64,000 nucleotides of DNA from a virus. Both the position numbers and the translations under genes were made by a program. Position 1 is the stretch's first letter. The number at the start of each line of letters is the position of its first letter. The notes under the pieces were generated by a model. It was not told the DNA's origin, ran no database searches, and worked only from the letters and a program-made list of their open reading frames with translations. The stretch lies in the IMG/VR virus record IMGVR_UViG_3300009159_000033; one strand, 5' to 3'. This document shows positions 54,501 through 61,686 of this stretch, one piece after another.

Positions 54501-55996
54501 CTAAAGTTACTAAGGTTCCTTTTGCTTATCAGAAGTTTGTAGCCCAGTTACAATCTGCTGGTGTTAATGTAGTCAAGCAGGGAACGCAGACTCAGATTAT
54601 GGCATTAACGGACAAGGATATCGATAACTTAGCTGGGGATCGTGAGCTTAGCAGTGCCGATGGAGTGGAGTGGGGCAACCAGCTTAAAGAGATTAATGGT
54701 GGCTTGTTTGACAAGGCTAAGACCGGCGGGCATGGTGGCACTCGATGGTCGTTTATGCGTTTGCACGAACCTTTACCTAACCCAGTAATGGAAGAACCTA
54801 TCCGTCATATGCTTGGGCTAACACAGAAAAAGTTTGAAGGTATTGTGGCTGGCACAGAATTTTTAGAGAAATATGGAACCGGTACGAAAGCGTTACAAAA
54901 AGCATTAGCAGATCTTAATCCTGCTGCAGAAATTCCTAAAGCTCGGGCTATTATTGCGGCGGGTAGAGGGGCTCAGCGGGATGAGGCAATTCGTAAACTT
55001 GGTTATTTTAAATCGGCACAGAAACTTAATTTGCAGCCTGCAGACTACATGCTGACCAAAGTTCCAGTTCTTCCCCCAATGTTTCGTCCAGTTAGCTTGA
55101 TGAGCAACGGCATGCCATTGGTTAACGATGCTAATCACCTTTACAAAGAACTGTTTGAGGCTAATCAGAATTTTAGCAAAATGCAGCAAGAAGTAGGGGA
55201 AGAGGCTTCGGGATCGGAGCGTCTTTCCACCTATCAAGCATTTAAAGCGGTGACTGGTCTAGGAGATCCGATTAGTGCAAAAAGCCAAGAGAAGAATGTT
55301 CGTGGGGCTTTAAAAAATGTGTTTGGTGCAAGTCCTAAGTTTGGGATTGTGCAACGTAAACTGATTTCTTCTACAGTAGACAATGTGGGCCGAGCGGTAA
55401 TTACTCCAAATCCGGAATTGGACATGGACTCGGTAGGGCTACCCGAAGACAAGGCATTTAAGGTCTATGAGAAATTTGTTACTAGAAGATTGGTGCGACA
55501 AGGCATGTCTATGCTACAGGCTCGTACTCAATTAGAAGATAAGACTCCAGTAGCACGCAAGTTCTTGCTTGAAGAGATGGAGCATCGTCCTGTATATATT
55601 AGTCGTGCTCCTGTTTTGCATAAGTTTGGGATTATGGCAATGAGACCAAGATTGACTAAAGGAAATACCTTACAAGTGAGCCCTTTAATTGTAAAAGGGT
55701 TTGGTGCTGACTTTGATGGCGACACCATGAACTATCATGTGCCAAGTACGGAAAAAGCTAGGCAAGAGGCTTTTGATCGTTTGTTACCTAGTCGTAATCT
55801 TTTTAGCATAGGGGATATGAAATCTGTTATGCATGCCCCTGCTAATGAATACATTGGGGGTTTGTTTATGGGTACAGATCCTTCTCGTAAATCTGATCGA
55901 CCAGTACGGATTTTTCAGAACATACAAGATGTAAGGCGAGCACATGCGCGCGGAGATATTTCAATCAACGATCCGGTACGAATTTTAAATGGGTAG
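51530..55996 (+). CDS. rpoBC: Multi-subunit RNA polymerase beta subunit fused to the N-terminal half of beta'
   Basis: beta motifs GTFINNGTE, DPVRTPESG, NFEDAIVIS, GDKLSGRYGDKG, LNPLG, MKLHH; beta' motifs VPVLPPMFRP, GRAVI, SRAPVLH, catalytic GADFDGD at 55703-55723. Confidence 0.95.
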   Translation: MLPLSSNLFDSSNLSLLGNTPPLAQPMQPLPPATPLPSFHEFHDTKKVRSIIYDRVLQAAQQLQPMANDRHTLSLTGVNYRDGDTASKQEQKAAILNGRSQGRRLEGTWELMDNATQQVIASKKSVLATVPHLTDRGTFINNGTEYILRNQQRLLPGVYTRTRNNGEIESHVNVMPGKGVSQRYFLDPEKGKFKLKVGQASVGLTPLLKAMGVTSEQAQEAWGKDLFASNYNSDDASEYTRLKGMFLSSKELAEPEEKQKQALLAKFSKMEMDPEVNRRTLGNPHSGVTLDTLMDITKKLIKVNRKEADPDDRDALHFQQFVGPEDLFSERIARDKGGVRRNLLWKMSGKGDLNSMPSSALDKQVKSALLGSGLGQAIEEINPTDIYEKTMSVTRVGEGGIGSMDAIPMESRNVQSSMLGYVDPVRTPESGRVGVDTYLARGSRKGSDGKLYAQFKDMRNGEMTFKTPQDVADLTVGFPGSQEGEDGRVVAMRGGKMLHVPKSSIDLELPDMEEAFNPLSNVIPMKSQVKGQRLVMASRMTTQALPLASPEAPLVQSAVPRTGGKQSYEELYSAGMGALRASQGGTVTSVTDEEIKVRNEDGTEETHELYHNFPFNRKTFFHQTAAVQPGDTFKPNQLLASSNFTNKTGTMALGTNARTAYIPWQGKNFEDAIVISESFAKKTASSHMYQHELEVDDKTQVGKRQFIQAFPATFKKDILANIDDQGVIKPGTVVNFGDPLVLGITQKENAYNKVHKKGQAGFNDAAVLWQHHDTGVVTDVVMGKKGPVVVVKAESPTQVGDKLSGRYGDKGVIADIIPDSEMPHDSNKLPFEVLLNPLGIISRTNPAQMSELFLGKIAAKRGMPIKVDDFDTKKDMTQWVMQELAKEGLSDLEDIIDPSKEQKIKNIATGSRFFMKLHHTSESKGQGRSGGAYTMEDAPAKGGIEGSKRIGLMDANALLSHGATDTLQDIFTVRRQKNDQYWMQYMSGYNPKVTKVPFAYQKFVAQLQSAGVNVVKQGTQTQIMALTDKDIDNLAGDRELSSADGVEWGNQLKEINGGLFDKAKTGGHGGTRWSFMRLHEPLPNPVMEEPIRHMLGLTQKKFEGIVAGTEFLEKYGTGTKALQKALADLNPAAEIPKARAIIAAGRGAQRDEAIRKLGYFKSAQKLNLQPADYMLTKVPVLPPMFRPVSLMSNGMPLVNDANHLYKELFEANQNFSKMQQEVGEEASGSERLSTYQAFKAVTGLGDPISAKSQEKNVRGALKNVFGASPKFGIVQRKLISSTVDNVGRAVITPNPELDMDSVGLPEDKAFKVYEKFVTRRLVRQGMSMLQARTQLEDKTPVARKFLLEEMEHRPVYISRAPVLHKFGIMAMRPRLTKGNTLQVSPLIVKGFGADFDGDTMNYHVPSTEKARQEAFDRLLPSRNLFSIGDMKSVMHAPANEYIGGLFMGTDPSRKSDRPVRIFQNIQDVRRAHARGDISINDPVRILNG

Positions 55997-56068
55997 GCAA
56001 TATATCTCTATCCTAGATTTTGATTAGAACTTAGAATCATAAGATGAGATCACACAAGGAGTATGTTT

Positions 56069-56791
56069 ATGGCAGTTAATTTGGAATTGTTAAAGATGGC
56101 CCGACAACATGTAGGAAAACGCCATCTATCTAAATATGCATTTGTTGCAGCAGGTGACCCAGCTATGGGTGCTCCTATGCCTTCTGGCGGTGCTCCTCCT
56201 ATGGATCCTTCCATGGGTGGCGGTGCTCCACCTCCTGACCCTTCAATGGGTGGTGCTCCTCCTATGGATCCTTCTATGGGCGGTGGTGCTCCTCCTATGG
56301 ATCCTTCTATGGGTGGTGGTGCTCCACCTCCTCCCCCTATGGACCCAATGGCAGCAATTATGCCAATGGTTCAACAGGCAGTACAACAAGCAATGTCGGC
56401 TAATGGTGGTGGGCAACCGCAAGGTGCGGGCCCTGGGCTTAAACCTAAAATTGACATAAATGTTGAAATTGTACAAATTAAAAAGATGCTTGCTAAAATT
56501 ATTGATGCTCTTGGTATCCATGTGCCTGTGTCTGATATGGTGGTAACACCCGAAGATTTAAACCAGATTGCACAAGGTGGACCAGGCTTGGCAGCAGCTA
56601 CTCCCGATGGTAAGTCGGGTGGCGGTCTTGGGCAGATTGCCCCTATTTCTCCGATCAAGGCTGCTGAAGCGTGGGAAAGTGGCACAGCTTTTAGTTTATC
56701 AGCTGACTACTATCCTCAGCAGCCTTCTAATAAAAATGGCAGTGTAGCTGCAATGGCTACTGCTCTTTTAATGCGTAATAATAACAAGTAA
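56069..56791 (+). CDS. Pro/Gly/Met-rich repeat protein between the RNAP genes
   Basis: KMA/KYA leader, (GGAPPMDPSMG)n, then a short helical region. Confidence 0.6.
   Translation: MAVNLELLKMARQHVGKRHLSKYAFVAAGDPAMGAPMPSGGAPPMDPSMGGGAPPPDPSMGGAPPMDPSMGGGAPPMDPSMGGGAPPPPPMDPMAAIMPMVQQAVQQAMSANGGGQPQGAGPGLKPKIDINVEIVQIKKMLAKIIDALGIHVPVSDMVVTPEDLNQIAQGGPGLAAATPDGKSGGGLGQIAPISPIKAAEAWESGTAFSLSADYYPQQPSNKNGSVAAMATALLMRNNNK
56186..56349 (+). repeat. In-frame tandem repeat, 30-33-nt unit, about 4.5 copies
   Basis: GGTGCTCCTCCTATGGATCCTTCTATGGG units. Confidence 0.9.
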
Positions 56792-56804
56792 AGGGGTTCA
56801 GCGT

Positions 56805-57029
56805 ATGTTCATCGTGGAGGTTATTGAAAGTATTGGTAAGCCTCCACTTAGGATACCTGCTTCGCAGGTTGTAGTTCGAATGCAAGATGGTACTCCAGTA
56901 AGTGTAGCTGCACTTTTTGGAAGTGCTACTAGTGTGATGGTATCTCATTGTGAAGATGCTAATTTCAATGATAATTTGCGTAAACTAGGTATCAACGAAA
57001 CCGTTATTTCTACTAAAGTACAGGTGTAA
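56805..57029 (+). CDS. Small hypothetical protein
   Basis: 74-aa ORF, SD agggg. Confidence 0.55.
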   Translation: MFIVEVIESIGKPPLRIPASQVVVRMQDGTPVSVAALFGSATSVMVSHCEDANFNDNLRKLGINETVISTKVQV

Positions 57030-57030
57030 T

Positions 57031-57603
57031 ATGGACTCTTCTTTACGATCTTCTGACTACTACTACCGAGACCGAAAACCAGAGGTTATTCCCGAGATTG
57101 TTCCTACTCCTACTTATCAACAATCCTCTAGTATAAACTCTTCTAACAATAAGTATTATGCCGAGATGGGACCACTTGTTGCAGAAGATGTCCCTCTTAT
57201 TGCTAAGCTTCAGATGCCTCCGAAAGAAGTAGAATTGGAGATACTTGATGGTTGCTATGGCCTAGCTACCATACAAGCTGCATTTGAAGACGGAGCCACC
57301 CGCATCATAGTTAAAGCCTATGACTATGTAGTGACTCAACTGCAAGTTGCTGTAGACATGTCAGTGGGTCGTGGAGAATTAACACGAGAGCAAACAGACT
57401 CTATAGTTTTTGTTGTCTTAGCCCCAGAAGCTATTCTTAGCCCAGAAGAAGTAGCTCTACCTATTGTAGATATGCCAGAGGCGACTGCTGTTTTAAACGA
57501 GGCTCCTAAGCCATCTCGTAAAAAAGCAAAGCGTGGCAAGAGTGAGGAAATTACTCTTAAAGATATCGAAGCTGCCTTTGGTGGTGACGATAGTGACGAC
57601 TAA
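57031..57603 (+). CDS. Hypothetical protein
   Basis: 190-aa ORF abutting the previous stop. Confidence 0.55.
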   Translation: MDSSLRSSDYYYRDRKPEVIPEIVPTPTYQQSSSINSSNNKYYAEMGPLVAEDVPLIAKLQMPPKEVELEILDGCYGLATIQAAFEDGATRIIVKAYDYVVTQLQVAVDMSVGRGELTREQTDSIVFVVLAPEAILSPEEVALPIVDMPEATAVLNEAPKPSRKKAKRGKSEEITLKDIEAAFGGDDSDD

Positions 57604-57616
57604 AATCCAGATTTTA
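57601..57616. promoter_or_regulatory. 16-bp palindromic site TAAAATCCAGATTTTA
   Basis: Starts on the stop of 57031, 28 nt before the beta'-C ATG. Confidence 0.7.
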
Positions 57617-57644
57617 AATAATTTGCACACTCTGAGAACTATCC

Positions 57645-60600
57645 ATGTTGAATACGACCGTTGGACAACTGTTAATTAATGATGTCCTTCCGGAAGAGTT
57701 GAGAGACTCCCATCGTGTGCTAGACAAAAAAGGGTTGCAATCTTTACTACAGCAAGTGGCGCGGCAGCACCCAGAGAATTACCGAGATATATCTTTTAAG
57801 CTAAGTAATCTTGGTCAAAGTATAGCACAAGAGCAGGGTGGTATGTCGTTTGGGCTTCGTCACATGCAAGTAAGTAAATCTGCAATAGCTTCCCGCCAGA
57901 AGGTTAGAGCTTCTCTTACTAATATCCTAGCTGACGATTCTTTGACAGACCAAGAGCGAAACGAGCAGATTATTCGTGCAGTTGGCAAGGAAAGTCCAGA
58001 ACAGCAAAAACAAATACTTGCAGAAGCGTTAAAAGACAAGAACCCTCTCGGTATGCAGGTTATGTCGGGTACCCGTGGTAAGTCTATGAATCTAACTAGT
58101 TTGTTAGGTTCAGACATGCTGTATTCGGACCAGCGTGACGATGTAATTCCAATTCCTGTGCTGCGAAGTTACAGCGAGGGGCTGTCTCCTGCCGAGTACT
58201 GGGCTGGAACCTACGGAGCACGCAAAGGCATTATGGCAACTAAGTTTGCCACACAAGATGCTGGATTCTTTAACAAACAACTTAATCAAACTAGTCATAG
58301 ATTGGTAGTCACCGGAGAAGATGCCGAAGAGGCAGACGACGCACCTATCCGTGGATTAGTGGTGGATACTGATGATCCAGACAATGAAGGGGCATTGCTA
58401 GCTCGTAATGTTGGTCCTTACGCTAGAAATACTCCACTTACTCCAAAAATACTGAATCATTTAAAACGGCTTGGTACACCTAAAATCTTAGTGAGATCTG
58501 CCCTAGTGGGCGGGTCTCCCGATGGCGGTGTTTATTCTAGAGATGTAGGTATTAGAGAAACTGGAAAGCTGCCTGGGCTTGGCGAGCAAGTTGGGTTACA
58601 GGCTGCCCACGCTTTAAGTGAACCGATTAGCCAAGGTCAGTTATCTGCAAAGCATTCGGGGGGCGTGGCCGGACAAGAAAAAGCTGTTAGCGGTTTTCAG
58701 TATTTAAACCAATTAGTACAAGTTCCTAAGAAAATGCAAGGAGGGGCAGCCCACTCGTTAATGGATGGAGTGGTGCAGCGTATTGAAGAAGCCCCTGCGG
58801 GCGGGAGCTATGTCACCATTGGGGATAAACAACATTATGTAGGGGCTGGGTTTGAGCTTAAAGTAAAAAAAGGAGATGAGGTAGAGGCTGGTGATGTAAT
58901 TAGTTCAGGAATTCCTAACCCAGCAACTATTACCGAACATAAAGGAATTGGAGAGGGTAGGCGGTATTTTGTTAATGAGTTCCGCAAGGCGATGGGTGAC
59001 AGCGGAATGTTTGGGCACAGACGTAATATTGAGGTGTTAGCCCGAGGTCTTATCAACCATGTAAGGCTGACAGAAGAAACAGATGACCATGTGCCTGACG
59101 ATGTTGTTCCTTACTCTACGCTTGAACACACATACAAGCCACGAGAAGACCACCAGCGGTTAACTCCTAAGCGTGCATTAGGACAGTATCTAGAGCGCCC
59201 TGTACTGCACTACACTATTGGGACCAAGATTCGACCTTCTATGCTTAAGAATTTTGAAGATTTTGAAATTAATGAAATTCCAGTGCATAAGAACCCACCG
59301 CCATTTGAACCAAACATGGTTCGTGGGTTGTATCAAATGCAACATGATCCCGATTGGATGACACAAATGTATGGGTCTGGTCTAAAGAAAAGCTTCTTAG
59401 ACTCTGTGACTCATGGGGCTATCAGCGAAGAACGAGGTACAAGCTTTGTTCCAAGCTTAGCAATGGGTCTTGATTTTGGAGAAGGTAAAAACCATGCGGT
59501 AATAAAACCTCAGCCTAGTTATGAGCTACCGGCATTACCTCCACTTCCTCCCCCTATTCCTTCTACTCCTGCTGCGGCAAAGCCTACAGCTCCTAGCAGT
59601 GCTCCTTTTTTTGGCGGGCGTTTTACCCCTGGGCAAACTAAGCTAGGATTAGATAGCACACCTTCTGTGTCTAAGCCACCTTCTGTCTCTAAGCCACCTG
59701 CTGTAACCAGTATGTCACCAGTTTCTAAGCCTCTTAATACAAACATTATGCCTTCTCCTACTCCAGCCCCCAAAACTGCACCGACTACCCCAAGTTCAAA
59801 CCAATTTAGTAACTTGATGCAAAACGATACTTTTGCACAGCAAACTGGTCAGATGTTAAACGGAGCAGATCCTACAAGTGCACTTATGATGCTAGGAGGC
59901 ATGGCAGGGGGTAGTAATAACATGTCTCAGTTATTTAACTCTGGGCCTTCGCAGCGATTAGCCACAAGCGGTAGTGGCGGTGGAATGTTTGGTAATTTGT
60001 TTAATATGTTTGGGAATAACAATCAAAATGGGCAATCAATTATGCCCAGTGGAGATTACAACTCAGCTACAAATCAAGGCGGGATGTTGAGTAGTAACAC
60101 ATCTGCGGAATCTGCACCCGCATCTTCAGCAGAAGCAGTTCCTGCAGAGGCTACATCAAAAGCTGGTCCAGATATATTTACAGCTGTAGATCATGCACCG
60201 GCGGCCTATACCGCTATAAAAAATACAATCGTACCGCCTAAGGCATTACCTACTCCCCCTGCGCCTACTGCACTAGTGCCTAAAGCACCGCTACCTACAG
60301 CTCCAGCACCTATTACCCCTACTCCACCGATACCCAAAGCACCAATACCCAAAGCACCAATGCCAGCTGCACCAATACCAGCTGCACCCGGAGGTTTACT
60401 TAGTAAAGTAATGCCAGCAGTTTCCACGACTTACAAAACATTGGCTAAAGCAGCCCCTGGTATTGGAATAGCTTTAGAAACTGGGAGTGTCGGTTACGAT
60501 GTTTACAATAAGGGTTGGGATAACACAACTAACGACGCAGCACAAAATATAAGAAACATTGCTTCAGGTAAAGATGGGTTGCACACATTGTGGCAAGCTC

Positions 60601-61364
60601 CTGTTCAAATTTTAAACCCAGTGGCTAACGCACAGCTAATAGCAGGCGGTACAACTCAGACTGCACAGATGATTGGGGAGCAAGCTGGGATAGGTGCTGA
60701 AGCTATTCGAGATAAAGTAACTGGAACTGATGCTATTTCTCGTGCATCGGTTGTGGACAAATCAAAAGTTAACGCAATGGAAGTAGCAAAGCAAAAAGAT
60801 TTAGAAGCACAAAAAGCTAAGCTTCAGCAAGAGTCGCAAAATACAAATATCATGGCTCCCTCCATGATAGAACAAAATAAACAAGAGCAAGCTGGCATCG
60901 ATGCACAAATAGGAGACGCTAAAACTAGACAAGAAAATACGGCAGACGAAACAGCTAAGTGGAGATTAGGTCAGCAGAATTGGTTTGGGAGTGGCGGACA
61001 CAAATTCCGAGATGCCATGCAAAATTCGGTTGCAGCTACGGACACAGAGCTAGCAGATTTAAAAGCTAAAGGTGAATTAGATGCAGTAGGTCAAGCACGG
61101 CAGGAGCAGTTATTAAATAGACAGGCGCAGCGTAAGGCAATGCTGGGTACTTATGACCGAGAAAGCGGTTCCTCGGGTAAGGGATTATTCAGCAAGGATA
61201 TACGCAATCGGGTTAGCGGTCTTAAAGAAAACATTGTGGCAGTTACTGCACAGCTTCGAGATACTTCTCTTCCTCCTGAACAAAGGGCAAAGCTAGAAGC
61301 CCAATTGAAAACTAATAACGAGGACCTTGCTGAGTACCGAGGATGGGCAGAAAGTTCTAAATAA
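57645..61364 (+). CDS. rpoC: RNA polymerase beta' C-terminal half plus a ~620-aa low-complexity/coiled-coil extension
   Basis: TTVGQ, SGTRG, EGLSP, bridge helix GARKG...AGF, trigger loop GEQVGLQAAHALSEP...KH.GG, HRRNIEVL. Confidence 0.92.
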   Translation: MLNTTVGQLLINDVLPEELRDSHRVLDKKGLQSLLQQVARQHPENYRDISFKLSNLGQSIAQEQGGMSFGLRHMQVSKSAIASRQKVRASLTNILADDSLTDQERNEQIIRAVGKESPEQQKQILAEALKDKNPLGMQVMSGTRGKSMNLTSLLGSDMLYSDQRDDVIPIPVLRSYSEGLSPAEYWAGTYGARKGIMATKFATQDAGFFNKQLNQTSHRLVVTGEDAEEADDAPIRGLVVDTDDPDNEGALLARNVGPYARNTPLTPKILNHLKRLGTPKILVRSALVGGSPDGGVYSRDVGIRETGKLPGLGEQVGLQAAHALSEPISQGQLSAKHSGGVAGQEKAVSGFQYLNQLVQVPKKMQGGAAHSLMDGVVQRIEEAPAGGSYVTIGDKQHYVGAGFELKVKKGDEVEAGDVISSGIPNPATITEHKGIGEGRRYFVNEFRKAMGDSGMFGHRRNIEVLARGLINHVRLTEETDDHVPDDVVPYSTLEHTYKPREDHQRLTPKRALGQYLERPVLHYTIGTKIRPSMLKNFEDFEINEIPVHKNPPPFEPNMVRGLYQMQHDPDWMTQMYGSGLKKSFLDSVTHGAISEERGTSFVPSLAMGLDFGEGKNHAVIKPQPSYELPALPPLPPPIPSTPAAAKPTAPSSAPFFGGRFTPGQTKLGLDSTPSVSKPPSVSKPPAVTSMSPVSKPLNTNIMPSPTPAPKTAPTTPSSNQFSNLMQNDTFAQQTGQMLNGADPTSALMMLGGMAGGSNNMSQLFNSGPSQRLATSGSGGGMFGNLFNMFGNNNQNGQSIMPSGDYNSATNQGGMLSSNTSAESAPASSAEAVPAEATSKAGPDIFTAVDHAPAAYTAIKNTIVPPKALPTPPAPTALVPKAPLPTAPAPITPTPPIPKAPIPKAPMPAAPIPAAPGGLLSKVMPAVSTTYKTLAKAAPGIGIALETGSVGYDVYNKGWDNTTNDAAQNIRNIASGKDGLHTLWQAPVQILNPVANAQLIAGGTTQTAQMIGEQAGIGAEAIRDKVTGTDAISRASVVDKSKVNAMEVAKQKDLEAQKAKLQQESQNTNIMAPSMIEQNKQEQAGIDAQIGDAKTRQENTADETAKWRLGQQNWFGSGGHKFRDAMQNSVAATDTELADLKAKGELDAVGQARQEQLLNRQAQRKAMLGTYDRESGSSGKGLFSKDIRNRVSGLKENIVAVTAQLRDTSLPPEQRAKLEAQLKTNNEDLAEYRGWAESSK

Positions 61365-61383
61365 TATTAGTTGTGTGCTTGTA

Positions 61384-61413
61384 TTGCGGTATAGGCCCCT
61401 ATATGGCTAAACT
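61384..61413 (+). promoter_or_regulatory. Sigma70-like promoter with a palindromic spacer
   Basis: TTGCGG-18 nt (TATAGG-CC-CCTATA)-TAAACT. Confidence 0.35.
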
Positions 61414-61451
61414 GGTCTAATAATTTCAAGTTTTAAACTTAGGTGAATATT

Positions 61452-61661
61452 ATGTGGAATAAACCGCTGCTTGGTGGGCTTGACATAAAATATGCTGCAG
61501 CATACTTGTTGCCTCCGACTACCATGAAGAAAAAGAAAAAGAAAACGCCACTAGAGGAAGAAGAAACGGATGTGGAAAAGGTGGCAGCTGCCTTGGGTGA
61601 TGCTATTGTAAATGCCCGCCTTTCTTTACTTAGACAGCAGATGCGCTCTAATAATCGGTAA
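61452..61661 (+). CDS. Small KxA-motif protein
   Basis: IKYAAA and VEKVAAA; SD aggtg. Confidence 0.5.
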   Translation: MWNKPLLGGLDIKYAAAYLLPPTTMKKKKKKTPLEEEETDVEKVAAALGDAIVNARLSLLRQQMRSNNR

Positions 61662-61686
61662 GTAATACAATCGAGGAATGTTGCTC

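Noticed and set aside
45585-55996. Inteins or introns in NrdJ, RNAP or the helicase
   Set aside because: Conserved motifs are spaced normally; no C/S...HN intein ends or LAGLIDADG blocks seen
8524-56020. Further copies of the 16-bp palindrome near 8524, 25975, 55415 and 56010
   Set aside because: Two or more mismatches; could arise by chance in AT-rich sequence
56186-56349. CRISPR or non-coding tandem repeat
   Set aside because: Units are multiples of 3, in frame, vary at synonymous positions and have no spacers
51530-61364. Host chromosomal rpoB-rpoC operon
   Set aside because: No ribosomal protein neighbours, zinc sites lost, non-cellular split and fusion, and phage gene context (portal, PhoH, HNH)
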